Below, piece by piece: positions 27,836-41,725 of a stretch of 64,000 nucleotides of DNA. Source of the stretch: Basidiobolus meristosporus CBS 931.73 (Eukaryota; Fungi; Basidiobolomycota). A program made the position numbers and the translations under genes. The notes under the pieces are model-generated. The model was not told where the DNA came from, made no database searches, and saw nothing but the letters and a program-made list of their open reading frames with translations. The number at the start of each line of letters is the position of its first letter. Within the stretch, counting starts at the first letter, position 1. The stretch lies in the NCBI GenBank assembly GCA_002104905.1, contig MCFE01000110.1, positions 104,043-168,042 of the forward strand. Direction: 5' to 3'.

Positions 27836-29226
27836 GGTGCAAAGGAAAGATGTTCTCAACGCAACTTGTCAGACTGTGACGTAGAATGGCGCTACGGAAA
27901 TGTTGGAAAGTGCTCCCTGGATAGGATACAAGTTGCAAGTGTCACAAAAGGATATCGGCAGTATCAAAAAAGTGGTGAGGTACTGCCGTTTGGAGAGGAA
28001 GTAATGGATAAGGTAAGAACCCGAAGAAAAAATGGGAATGCACCTGGGCTACTTGAACTAAAATAAGGCCTATGTGAACTGATTGGGTAAAAGCTGAGTG
28101 GCTAGGAGACTCAATTTATGAGGCCAATCCATCAATTGTCCAATAATAGAGTTACGGATGATTGGCGGAACAAAGCCAGTATAAGTTTGAGGGAAGTTTT
28201 AAGCGGTTTTACCCAAAAATCCTGATACAATAAATTCATTACTAACCGGATATATATGCCATCATGTAGTAAGCGTATATATTCCAAGCTAAAACTGTAC
28301 TCTCACTTCATTATGATTTAAGATTTCATTTAATTGCGTTTGGTTTCAATGTTACTGTTTGCTTAGTCCAATCCGTCATAATGGAAGCACACAAAACCGT
28401 TTCTGCTCCAGATACGGTTTCTCCTCTGCTGGGCATTTCCAGCCGTCGAGGATGCTTGCGAATGCAAAACATCTCATAAGGGTGGACAGAAGAACTTGTT
28501 TCATCTCAAGACACTGTGCCCGCGGCAACAAAAGTGTTGTTTCACCATCCATCCGTAACAATCATGTTGGCTGGATCCATCGGTCTTCCTATTACTTCCA
28601 CATTGGCACTTGGTAGTGTGGGATCGGCTGGGGCACATTCATGATTTAATTTGGCTAAATTGGCTACGGCTGCCATTCATTGAATGCCCCCATCCGAATC
28701 AGCGGCCACAGCTACGCAGCCCAGCCTCCAAATCAACGGGCTGATAGAATAGGCTGAGTGGAGAGGCCCCAGCGCGATCCAAGGGACGAAGCCACCGTAT
28801 GTTCAGCAGAGTGACGACAATGGGATTATTCTAAGCATAGGTTCTATTTTGCATGATGTATTAAGCAGGCAATGATAGGGGGGATCTTGCTATTATGATA
28901 CCAAACTTATGATTCACTCGTTATCTGACCTGAGATATCACCCCTATCTGGTGATGATGGGATTACTGGCCTCGGCCATTGGAAGATGCAACATGGATCG
29001 CTGGGTATACTTGGGATTCCCGTCCTCACCAGTCATCTAAAACACAACTTGTATCAGGAGTGTGATGACTGATTACGGCTTTTGGGCGAAATCTAGCTGG
29101 AAATAAGCATTTGCTGCAAGTGACACTTCCACATTGATATCAGTTCCCACGAACCTTGTGAGCAGTTGGGAAATACGTTTCAAACAATCTTCTCTGGTCA
29201 GTGATTGAATGGCTTATCCTGCAACA

Positions 29227-29301
29227 TGACCGAAGCTCAAAATCGAACCTGCATATCAGTAATTTGACAGTGATTCCTTCAGACCACTTGGTTATCAAGA
29301 C
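29227..29301 (-). pseudogene. Degenerate tRNA-like sequence
   Basis: 75 nt with A-box-like TAACCAAGTGG, CT-GTC-AA loop and B-box-like GGTTCGATT. Acceptor stem pairs 5/7; T-stem and anticodon stem are broken. Confidence 0.25.
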
Positions 29302-30164
29302 GTGAGTGCAGAGGGCGAACTTCTCAGCAATCAGTTACATACGATGAAATATGGATTCGCTAGCTACATTTTAGGAAACAAACAGCTTAGCATTGAATTG
29401 TCTCCTGTGTCAATAAAGCCAAGTTGGCCGGCTGCCTGTACCTGTCTATATCAAGATTCGCCCCACCCCCTGAGAGTGCTGCTGGCATTTCTCTCTTGCA
29501 GCTCCCTAAACCCATACACCAAGCCCTGCCCTAAATCTAGAATTTTGGTCTATAGCGAGGCTGAGTACTACGCCCAGCTGCCCCACGGCATTAACCATTT
29601 GTCAGATGATTTCATACCCACATCTTCTCGGCCCTGAATTCTTGCCAACTGCAGTTCAGCAGACACAATCCATTCTTCGTCGAAACAACCTGACGAGCAC
29701 CTCTTATGACAACTGAGCCGAAGAAGCTCTGCTGTGCTCCTGCATCACGGTATCGAGGTGACAGCTTAATTTGGGCACAGAGATAAATCTGTCGCTCAAT
29801 CTAGATGTCGCCAAGTTTGACAGCGAGGTCAGTCAGATCGTGTCAAACCACGTGCATGGAACATCCTTCACCAGCCGTTTCCTAAACGTGACTGCAAGCT
29901 TTCTGCACGGAGAGCGTTCCTCTATAACATCACCGTTAAGAGGTAGAGGTAGCCATGATATTGGTGCGTGGAGCAAGTGTCAAGCAATGTATTATGCCAG
30001 CCAATACCTTAAAACTACTAGGCTGTTGAGCTTGTTATAAAGAGCAATATCTGGTTATATTGCCGTATCTAATACCATTCTTTCCTTCTTGCTCAGCGGT
30101 GATCTGATCATTGTCGAGGCTAGACTCCAATTGAACTTTCCGAATTCACAAACGAAGACCTAGA

Positions 30165-31779
30165 ATGAGCCCACTCAAAGCAGGAAATATTTTTCGAGTG
30201 ATCTTGTTATTAACCATATTAGGGATAACTTCCGCTATATTCAACGATACAGATATCATCTCCAAAACTGCCTCTCAAAACGTAGTTGAATCTGCAATCG
30301 AATCCAATGCCATGCCACGCCACCTGGTGAAATTCAAGAATCTTCCAGGTCAAAGCTGGGTAAAGAGCTTTGGAGGAGAGGTTCAGTCAATATCCAACAA
30401 ATTCCATTTTATGGTGGGGAACTTCTCAAGCGGGGAACTCAGTGTCATTCAAAAGGATCCTTTGGTTGACTACGTTGAGGAGGAGATGACAGTCAAATCC
30501 TTCCTGGTGGAGAGAAACCCGCCCAGCTGGGTAAATTGATTATTTCATTGAGTCCACTATTTCCCCTCCATGAGAGCTGATATTTTCCAAAAGGGGCTAG
30601 ATCGTTTGGACCAACGTCAATTACCATTAGACAAGAGATACACTCATATTGATTCGGGCGGTGCCGGAGTTGATGTATATATAATCGATACGTATGATAT
30701 AGCATGTTACTACACTCATCAATATTATATACTAATTTCCTGACCTATTGACTAGCGGTATTTATACAGAACATGAGGACTTTGAAGGTCGAGCGCACTG
30801 GGGCACCTCAGTTGTGAATGGTTCGTCTTCCGACGGCAATGGGCATGGAACCTTTGTGGCAGGAATCATTGGGGGTAAAAAGTACGGGGTTGCCAAGAAA
30901 GTCAAGCTTCATGCAGTCAAAGTAGAGTCGCATCATCATATCTGGTCTATTCGATGTCAGGCGCTAACGCTACTCAAACAGGTACTGGACTCCAATGGAG
31001 GAGGCAGCACCAGCTCACTAATCAAAGGACTCCAGTACGTGTATGAAGAGCACCAGAAAAAGGAAAATAAGCGCACAATTATAAAGTATCGTATCGTAAA
31101 ACACATATCTGTAAACCGCACACTAATAATATTCCAAAAGCATGTCGCTAGGTAGCTCCTACAGCAGGTTAGTGAATGATATTGTAGGCGAGGTGATTCA
31201 AGCAGGAATCGTAGTAGTTGTGAGTAACCATACCTGGATTTGTATGCACATGTAGTAAAGACGGTTATTGATCTTGGGAAATAGGCTGCTGCTGGCAATG
31301 GGAACGAGTCAGGTATAGGAATCGATGCATGTGGGGTTTCACCAGCATCGGCACGTGGTGTAATCACTGCCGGAGCTACCCGCAGTGATGATCAGATTGC
31401 AATCTTCTCGAATTTCGGACGATGTGTCACACTGTTTGCACCAGGACAACAGGTGACCTCAGACTTCATTGGCTCGAGCTCGGCAAATAATAGTTTCTCG
31501 GGAACTTCATTTTCTTCACCGTACACGGCCGGCGTGGCCGCACTGATTCTTGGCAATTCGGAAGAGGTTCTAAGCCCATCCGAGGTTCAGCATCGACTTG
31601 TTACTTTAGCAACAAAGAACATAGTGAAAGGGCTGCCGTTCGGATCACCAGATTTGTTGCTATACTCGCGAGTTCAGGAATACAAATCAAATGCTGTATC
31701 AACAATCCTGTCATCACAATTCCATTTACTCAGCATACTGCCATTGGTTTTTCTCATCTCTCTGGCAATTGCGCACTGA
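30165..31779 (+). CDS. Secreted subtilisin (S8A, proteinase K-like) with I9 propeptide and hydrophobic C-terminal tail, multi-exon
   Basis: Signal peptide, GLDRLDQR, VYIIDT(G), DGNGHGTFVAG, VAAGN, SPAS, SGTSFSSPYTAG; tail SNAVSTILSSQFHLLSILPLVFLISLAIAH. Confidence 0.92.
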
Positions 31780-34760
31780 TCAATCTTTTACCAGTATGTG
31801 ACATTAATATATTCAGCGACAGAACAACAAGATTGAGTACATCATAATCATTGCATTTTCAATATGTAAGTCATCAACTACCAACCATGAATAAATACCA
31901 AAGAATCGTCACTCAAACTGATGATTATTTTTCCAACATTCGTCTAGTAGGAATATATTCATATACATCAAGATCATAACAGCTATGCTGTCCTCTCCGC
32001 ATTGGTCTCTTGAGAACCTACTGGGGAGATGAGGGGTGTACTGATATCATCAACTTCATTGCGGTGAATTACTAATAGCTTGAAAAACTTTTCTGTAGTA
32101 ATTACAAGTTATTTATTCGTATAAATACAGAAGCTATGTATATATGATCGACCCATGGCTGAACTGATAATAGGCAATCGAAGAGTCAAAGCAAGCTAGA
32201 CTGAGATTATTTATAAGTGTGCGTGTGGACACCCTTTCCTGTAAAGATATAATCCAACATTCAGGGCATTCTATTGCTACGCCCGTGGATTGAACACTGA
32301 GCAATTCTTGGAGCTGCGTTATTGGATTCCTCAATGGCATATAGGTCGTTTTTGGTGATGTGACAGCAATCAAAGCGACCCCGTCAGCGTTTGTTTTAAA
32401 TGGCTAATCTTCAGAGAGATCAAATATATAGTATGCTGCGGCACCAGTATACCCGCTACCACACATGGCAACAGCGAGCCCTGTATTCGATTTTTTTCTG
32501 GACTTCGGGTTGCTTCCCCTTCGTCGACCGGAGGAAGTTCGACTATAACTCGCAGGGTTTTTGGTATTTCCAACTTCAACTAGGGGATAATGGAGAGACT
32601 TTGTATGTTCTAAAAGGTGATTCCCGTTTTCACCAAGGTTGAATCTCTTGGGAATGACTGGAGTAGAGACAAGAATATTGTGGATAAGCCAGCTGGTCAT
32701 GTTTACAGCTTTTGCGTTTCGAGGGACATTCTCGAGACTGGAATTTATAGAAAACAAGAGAACAATGTTGAAGAAGGGGTTTGATTTCAAATTATCACCA
32801 ATGCGGCACTGTCCAATCTGCTCAAGAGTTGCCTGAGACGGAGTGAAACTTTGGTCCATAGGCTGCTCATCTGATCAGATGCCTTCCTCGTCAGATTAGT
32901 AAACGAATGATTTGGTGGGACCACCAATAGCAAATGTAGGCAACGCAAATCATGTGGTACTTGAATTTAAGTTGGTGAGCTCCCCACCATTTCCTGCAAA
33001 TAAACATCAAGCAGGCCTAGGTACGTCTAGCTTCTCCTCAGAAGGCAGTCAGTATACTGTACTTGGATACTGATCAAGATCCGTATTTAGTCCAAATGTG
33101 TCAGATCCTGGTTAGTACAAGACCCTGGGTGTATGAGATTCCCTCGATTATAAAATATATAACCACGTAATATCAGTGGCACACACCAGCTGGCGAGTAA
33201 ATCCATTTCCCCGAGCACAGTGTTTTGACACTGAGCAATTCTACATGATGAATGAGCTGTAATTGGACACAAGCTCCCGTGACTTCCTATTATCATATGA
33301 TGTAGCCACCAAGCTGGTAAATGACATCAGAAGTGGATCCCTTTAGCCTACCATATTCCAGAACACATCTGATCTTGATTTACATTCGATTCATTTATTT
33401 CTATATAGTGCAACATCGCCTTACTCCCGCTGGGACAAAGGCATTTTTAGCAGCTGGATCACCTAATGAGTGTGGACATCAAATGGGACAAATTCAATCC
33501 AATGAGTGGCGATTATGCACCCTCTCATTGTTTTGCCATAACAGCTTGAATCTGAATGCGACTCAGCGATCCAAATCAAACTCGCATCCTTGGCATTGTG
33601 ACCTTTGGAGTGTGACGAATGCTTGGAATCTTATCAGCAAACAACCTAACCCATGTGAGTGCAATACCACACAACCAGAATCGAGCATCATCTACACCAG
33701 AATTCCGCGAAGTCTGACTTCATACCGATGATAATAGAATAGTTCAGGCGGAGGTAGTAAAGTGATTTGTATAGTATACACGACTTGGTATCCCGCAATC
33801 ATTTTAACCAAGTCATATTAAAACCCAGTGATAATATGTCGATTTTCCTTAATTCTGACCGGTTTCGAGCACATTGAAGATATACACTGATTTACCTTGT
33901 GAGTGTCACGGGAATCTAGCAGATTTCTTGGTATTTTGTTCTGTGGGTACCGCACTCTAGTCTAATCATTATTGGTGTATTCGGTCTGAGAATAAACTGT
34001 CAACAAATACTCCAGGACTACACAAAATTTATCAAGCACTAGTCACGTGACTTCATTCTGCTCAGATTCAACCAGCAATACATCAGATATTTGACCTGAA
34101 AGTTCGCCCAAATCAAAATCAGGTGTTTGATACAAGATCCAACACCAGTCACTTTATACGGGTATCAAGTGGGAGACAGCTAAGCGAATGTGATGCATTT
34201 TAACCCACTAGCCTTAATACTTGACACCTCAAAGCTATCAACTAGTACACCTCCTTCTACGTTGATAGTATGGTAGCATTCACATTATATAATGCGCCTC
34301 TGGGGTCGTCTCAAAATAGATGTGTTCTGGCGTTTGTGTTTTTAAGTTATCAACCCCGTTGGAAGGCATGTGATACCTCAGCCTTCACATGAAAGTAATC
34401 GCGCCTGGTATCGCCACTTTAGAAGGAACAGATCAACAAGCTCACCAACCATTGACAAACCGCATACAATTAGCCATGTTGCTGATCAACAATGCTCGTC
34501 CAACTATGAAGTCCACTTTCAGTAGATCTTGGCTTATGTGAACGGGGAGCCCGCAAATAATGAGCAAAGGGAGTTGATCAAGCCAGATTTGTCCTGGCTG
34601 AAAGAATATTGTACTTGTCGCCATACAAATCAAATGATTGTCGAAGTTGTGCAAAGGGAGTGTCAGAGTTATGCGTAATACAACCCATCAAAGGAATCAA
34701 TCATCATTGTTGTACTATATGCACTCATCAACATCTCGATTCTAGCATTTAGCCACCGTG

Positions 34761-35028
34761 ACGCGAAAAATGATATTTTCGATTTTGATAGCTGATTCTA
34801 CGCGTTGTCATTTGTCCTCGTCCAATAGCCAATCAAATAGCAGGAGGGATATAGCATTAGTATGGCATTGTAGGTCTATTCTTACTAAATAAATCCCATT
34901 CTTTGTTTATAATAGCCAATTGATATTCAATGCTGAATTGGTTTCAAGTGATTTGTTCCCTTACCATTGATTAAAATCCTAAACCCTAAAAAAAAAACAT
35001 TCCCAAACCCTGAACCCTAATTCCCTCA
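34761..35028 (+). promoter_or_regulatory. Promoter of the TRF-like gene with telomere-like boxes, MCB/E2F-like sites and CCAAT boxes
   Basis: ACGCGAAA at 34761, ACGCGT at 34800, several CCAAT near 34820-34920, and CCTAAACCCTAAA..CCCAAACCCTGAACCCTAATTCCCTCA at 34977-35028. Confidence 0.5.
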
Positions 35029-35095
35029 TTTCCTTGTTATTCATACTGGTGTCAATCCTATCCTGTTTACTTCTACTCGTAACGCGAATACCACA

Positions 35096-37588
35096 ATGGC
35101 AAGAACAAAGAAAAGAGCTGTGAAAAAAGGCCCCTCAATACCAGTAACTCGTTCCTCGAGAAGGAGGACAGAGACTGTCGAAGAGGTTGAGAGCAGGGCG
35201 GCAGAATTGGCTTCTGAAAGTAGTGACGATTCAGAATACATTGTCCCTGAGACTATACCCACAGAAGAGTTGGCAAGCGAAGAACCTCCTGAACAGCAGG
35301 TCGACACCTTCATCGATGAGCTGTTTCTTGGAACTGAGGTGGAGAAACCCAACAAATTCGAAAACCTAACAGAGCTAGAGTGGCTAATTGCCGACTATCT
35401 CGCGCATCAAGTTATCTCCAATGTTTTGTTCTACGGGGACACCTCAAATGAAAGTAGCATGGTACATAGAGTGGAGGCTCAAAAATACTGGAAGGATCTT
35501 AAAGGTATTCAAAGACCATTTGTTCTAGCTTTTATCATAGACGTAAATAACTTACCATCATATTTCTGTCAACAGCGCTGCTAAGCCATCATGATATGGA
35601 TGATTTCCAGGAAGTTTCGCGTAAAGTCACAAGTTCCGAAGAGTCTATGAAGTATAGCAGTATATTTCTGCGCATTCTTATGGCCGGGTTATGTCAAACT
35701 CATTTCGAAGATGATAATGATTGGGAGAGTATATACAATGTTTTGGTTGATATATGTGAGATATATTTACCTTGTATCTTATCGCAAAACACCACTTTCG
35801 ACTTGAGTTTGGTCAGATTTTGGATTGATTTAAAAACGCAAGTAGGTGCCTTCTGATTTGGTTTGGTTGCTTACTTTTCAAGGAGATTAGGTGACTAACT
35901 GTCGAGTGTCTCAATTAGACTATTGTACATGGAAGATATCGCGGGGAAAGCGCCACGGAACTGGTCGAAAAGCACTTTGGTGAAGGCGGCGATTATCTGT
36001 TCGAGTATATTCGATTTGCTGCTCCAGGGGATACTTCTAGGATAGAGAAGGAGAAGGAGCTTTATCGAAAGATGATTCAAGTGAGAACCCAGAGAGTAAG
36101 ATGTTTCCCAATTTCGCTTCTATTTTATACATCGAAAACCATAATGTTGACGCGTCGTTTGTTTAGTGCACTCAATATCTACCTGAGAAGCTCTCAAAGG
36201 AGATGCCCTGGACTAGATTACTACGTGTTGTACGTAGTTTTGTTAGTCGTAGTACCAGCCGATTGCCTGAACCCAAGCTACTGCAGGTAATAACATATTT
36301 TTTACCGTTTCCAAATGGAAATCTTATGATTTTTAGTTTATGGAGAATAGCAAGGCACCTGTAGAAACAGTCTCGGATGCCAACATTCAAGTAACAATCA
36401 CGAGTGAGCAAACAAACATAGGAATCACTTCTCCAGCACCTCAAGAGAAATCAATCACAGATACCACAGACGAAGAAAAGTAAATTAGCGTTGGCGATAT
36501 GGATATTCTGACTTGTAGTTGACGGTGGTATTATTTAGTATCCCTCTTGATGTTCAAGCACGTATAATCAAGGGACTTGAAGCCATGGCTCCCGAGGAGC
36601 TCAACAAGGAGATTCAATCTTTGGAGCCTATTTTCAACAATGTAACCAACTCTGCTCAATCCCAGTCTCTCAGCAATTCACAATCGGAGATTACCGACAA
36701 GACAGTACAGTCACAGGAGAATGAAGCAACGTTAGAGCTTCTGATATTATTTTGGCTTGACTCCTATATTAACCTTATTGGTTCTTAGCCAAGTGCAAAA
36801 CGCGAAGGATCAACGTAATCAAGCCCTTGCTAACTATTATCAAAGCCTTGAAAGAGCTAACCGCGAATTCAAGTTAGTACTATCGATTTTCATATTGGTA
36901 ACATAGCTTTGACACAACTTATTTCCAGCGCGCGTATTCAAGATCCCCTTCCTCGTATTCGTGCCGAAGTAGAGTCCATGATGAGTAATGGCAATGGTGC
37001 TGCGGATGAAAACTCGAAGAAAAGGTAGGCATACACAACTAGAATACATGAATTGTATCTGAACGGTTGTTTGCATCTCTCAGAAAGCGCTATATCCACG
37101 AACCTCCACATGCTGGAGTTCGAGTTCGTTGGAGTACACCACCATCTGAAATTGACGAAGAGTCACAAGGTACTAGTCAAGTGCGCCAGCCAATTGAAGG
37201 GGCTGTACCAAACGATATGGGTGATAAGAAAAGGAAGCTGAATGACCAAACTTCCGCTTCTATAACATCTGCTGCTAAGCTTCCAGAAGTTTATGCGGGT
37301 GAAAGAGATATTCGACATGAGCGGGAGTATCCAAACCCTGTTCAGAGACGAAAGGCTAAAGGCAAGGCCCCATGGTCTCAGGAGGAGCTTGATGCTCTCT
37401 ACGAAGGAATGCGTATGTTTGGTACTGCTTGGTCCACCATATTAAGCCACTTCGGTGAACAAGGAGTTATCGATCAACGCTTACGTCGACGCAACCAAAT
37501 TCAGTTGAAAGATAAGGCACGTAACGAGAGAAGACGTCGCGAGCGAGTTGGTCTGCCATTGGATGTGTTTGAAGATGCATGTAATTAA
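35096..37588 (+). CDS. Telomere repeat-binding factor (TRF1/2-Taz1-Tbf1 family): TRF-like domain plus C-terminal telobox Myb, multi-exon
   Basis: C-terminal PWSQEELDALYEGMRMFGTAWSTIL..RNQIQLKDKARN (telobox). Central FWIDLKTQ and LSKEMPWTRLLRVVRSFV resemble the fungal TRF domain. Confidence 0.85.
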
Positions 37589-40341
37589 CTATACTCTAGG
37601 AGCTTGTTGCCTTCCTTCTTGTATAGTAAATCTTCATTCCATCCCATGCCATGCCAATGGTATTCGAAAATAGGAAATTTTGCTCGGTATTTTTTGTTGT
37701 ATTTAAATTCATTATCTAATCAGTGGAAGATAAAATTGAATTCTCTTTAAAGCCATTCCCATCCTAGAAGCCTCGGAAATTATGCTCGACCACATGTGAG
37801 TGGTAGCTTGAGCCAATCGTGTGGAAATGTTAGTTGCAATTTGTAGCTTAGTCCGGTTTCGTTATTTATGCCAATATGATTAAATTAAAGATAAATAAAG
37901 CACCACTATTGCATCACTTATCTCTTAACAGCTCCACCTTGGCACTGGCTTCTGTGGCCACTTCTTGGCCCATCCATTGTTAATGAGCTAAATTTTGGGT
38001 ACCGTTTTATTATGCTCCGGGGCTTTTTTTCCCTACAGTATCGTAGTCGGTATTTGGATGATCGATGATTGTTATTCAGCTAGCAGAGATATCCTATGGC
38101 TTGACCCAGGTAGCATATACTCTATACAATTAAGAGTACCTTTGTCATGGTTGGTCATTAAGGTCTTGTGGATCACGCTTATCCTAAACATTCATTCTGC
38201 CAAAGCATCAACACCGGGATCACCTACAGTTCCTCATCATCTGTGTAGATTGGAGATTACTGCAGGAAAAGGTATTTTTGTTAACATGTCGGATATGATA
38301 TCGCGCCCGGTAGGTAGGTACGTTTCCTGTCACAACTCCTAGGCAGAGAAAATTCTACTACTCTCATCCAAGTGTTAGTCTGGATTTGAGAGTCTAGGCT
38401 TCGAGACCAATGAACGAGCTGGCAACCTAATTGTGCAGAATTCCCGTTGCTGCGTATGCTGCTATGGTAGTTGTCAATTATAATAAAAATCCATAATGAT
38501 GGCTTATTTCTGATACATATCTATATTTACAATCTTGGAGTGCAACATGAATGAAGCTCCATATTCATGGTGGCGGAGGTTTTCTATACGTCAATAGATT
38601 ACCTCCAGTACATCAAATCATTGTTATCAATAGTATCAACTCGCATACAAGGATGAATCAAAATGGGTGCACATTCTCATATGCCAGCTGCCATATTGGT
38701 ATTTCAAAGTGCCGGTCTTCATCACACTTTGTAACCTTACGTTCGGTGGAGCCTGTTCTGCAAAACACCACGTTTGCTCCTCGGGGGATTTTGCGATAGG
38801 AAAGATCTACAGGGAGATAGAGGAGGTGGGTCCTACACACAAATGATATGTTACGCATGTTTATTGTGACACTTTGTACATTCGTTTTGCAACATAATGT
38901 AGCGTTAGTTGTAGCTAGTCTTTAAGAATTGATCTTCAATATATTGCTCAATCTCAGCTGGGTTTTTCTTTGTTGGTCGCGAGTGTACACAGTCAGTTAC
39001 TGGAATTGATTTCTTGTGCTTGGGCTGCCTCAAGCCCCTACTACTGTTGGGTGAGGGAAGATCACCGAGCTGATTAAGGTCTGACGACGTGGATTCCTCT
39101 GAGGTTTGATAGTATCTCTCTGGATGTTCAATGCGAAATTCCATTATCACACTTGTGTCTAGTATCTCTCTTGCTACTCACTACTCTTTTATCGTTCTAT
39201 CAGATTAGACTCGCGAATGCAGCAGCCACAACATCCAGTAGCATTCAGATGTCCGGAACCGAAGTGAATCACTCCAAAGTCTGGATCTTTTGAGTCCAAC
39301 TAAAATAGTATTCCGGTTCACCTCTCCCCGACTAATGCTGAAACCTGACAAACCGATTGCCCCATGTATGAGTAAGTGGTAGATCATGTGTGGCTTAGAG
39401 CTTACTCAATCTAGCACAGCAATCACCCTGGACATGATGGCAAGCCGACATCCATGTACCCGGATTGGTTATCGCTTGGCTGCAGCACTGATTGACTCTT
39501 AAGGGTGGTATTTTGAAGCAATAAAGTGCTACCTGTGTCAGGTTGGAAGGATGTCGGTCATCAAATCACTACTTGGTTACAAGCATATGCATCCAGTTCG
39601 AAAGATTCAGGGTAATACAAAGGGTTTTGCATTGGGATTAAGCAGCCATCACATACCCCATTCTTTGGGATGGCAAGCCCACCCAAAAGTATGATGTGGC
39701 TGTATCTGTTTCGTCCAGTGTTGCCCATTAGTTATATGCCCGATGAAAGTAACAACGTGCTTTTCAGAAATGGTGGGGGCAGTAAGCTCGGCTGAACGTC
39801 TAAATCGAAGCCTTCATCTATAGCATAAAGTGCTGCCAATAGCTGGGTATGTCTGGCAAGGGGTCCTACTGATCATCATTCACCTACTTGTCCTCTTTTT
39901 GCAGGTAAATCTGTGTTTCATTCGAATTTCAAGATGGAGTAGAAGGGTCACATGTCAGATATATCTAGCAACTCCATCAAGCAAAGATGCCCCTAGAACA
40001 ATGCCAATCTGAGTGTGGCTTACTACGTTGCAATATCCCATAAGTGGATCGGCAGCGGTTAATCACGAAATGCCCTTATGTCCTTTTATGTACCAGTTGT
40101 GTATGGAGTAGGCGCTAATTAGTGCAGGTAATGGATTAGTCAGAAATCAACTCCCAGAGCAGACAAGGTAGGCTGTTGTGCTGAACATCTTTTTCAAATG
40201 GACCGCATGCTTGTTCGAACAAGTTACGCATTCACGGTTTATTTGGATAAGCATTATGTAACACTGACGGGTTAATCTGTCTATGGGTAAAGACTTGCGC
40301 ACACTCAAAGATCCCAATCACACGCCGCATAAATTCTACTA

Positions 40342-41251
40342 CTAGATTAGGTTATTTTCAAGCAACTCGTTCAGTTTTTCGAAAAATTTCTGGGCTGGAA
40401 AGCCAACCTGGCGAAGCAATATAATTTGGTAAGTCTTATGCGATGGAATAACTGGGAGTGGGTGAGGACGTACCACATTGTAGTAATCTCCATTGATTTT
40501 TGAAACCAAGAAGGATGCTAAACCCTGATAGCCGTAGCCACCAGCTTTATCCCTGGAGCAATTCGAACCATAACGTGGTTAGTAGTTTGCCGATAAAGGC
40601 CAAGTACTGCGATGGTAACATACATAGGCTCTCCACTGTCAACATATGCTTGGATAAGCTCGGGAGAAGAGTTGGCAAAAACAACCTCTGTTTCCTCACA
40701 AAAGGTCAAGATTTCTGGTTGTGTTGAATGGGGCAGAGCAAAGCACACCGCAGTGTAAACGTAATGGGATTTTCCGTTCAAACGAGTCAGTATCTCAACT
40801 GCATGCTCGACTGATCTGGGCTTTTCCAAAATTTCTTCCCCGAGCACTACAATAGTATCTGCACCGATCACCAAGGCGGGAGGTTGGGCTTGGCTCTATG
40901 GCACCCAGAAAAGCTGAGGTTATTCACAGGAGTTGAAGGAGGAAAAGTGTCAGAGGATGGTACCGATTGTAGACGCTCGAAAACCTCTAATGTCTTTTGC
41001 TTCGCGGTCTCGGTCACATAATCCTTGGCGTGCGAGAAAGTACTTTTATCTAGGGTTTCTGGAAAAGTACTTGGTACAACCTGAAATTCTAGACCCTGCA
41101 GACAATTAGTTAAACCAGGTTCAGGCGCTCCTTGAGATGGTTGGGTACAAACCAATTTTGACAGAATTTCTTTGCGCCTGGGGGAACCAGAAGCAAGAAC
41201 AATCTGTTTACCTTCCAGGCGTTGCAGACTAGGTAGTTTGAAGAAAGTCAT
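40342..41251 (-). CDS. Maf-family nucleotide pyrophosphatase, multi-exon
   Basis: IVLASGSPRRKEIL, VIGADTIVV..ILEKP, DKAGGYGYQG..INGDYYNVVGFP. Confidence 0.92.
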
Positions 41252-41725
41252 TTCCTAAGATATCGTGGCACTTCACTGACTCAGTATTGAACGTAACTCT
41301 GTATCAACAGCAGTATATATGGACCGAAAATTGACGAGTCCCCAAAGAGCCAATCATAGGCTCGTATCTATCGTTTTTCAAAGAATACAATGAAATGCAT
41401 AATGTGGCGTCGCAAATGTATGATAGAATTGACGTTTTTCGGCGGACCCAAGTTCACACCTTGCTTGTTGCCACTAACCATGTTCTGGAATAGAGTTCAT
41501 CGGATTGTGGGTCAAGTATACAAAATAGACCTTGGTGATTTATTATAGTTGAGTGGTGCGGTGCAGTCCAAGATTGAGATCAACTAAACTATATATGCTC
41601 TCAACAAGCCGGTTGCTTCGTGTTCACACTGTTGCTAGAAATTTACAGAGGTGCGTTCGGATGAATCCAGAGGCTACAAAATGCCGATTCAAGACGTGGT
41701 CGTCGTTGGAAGCAATCTGGGATCT

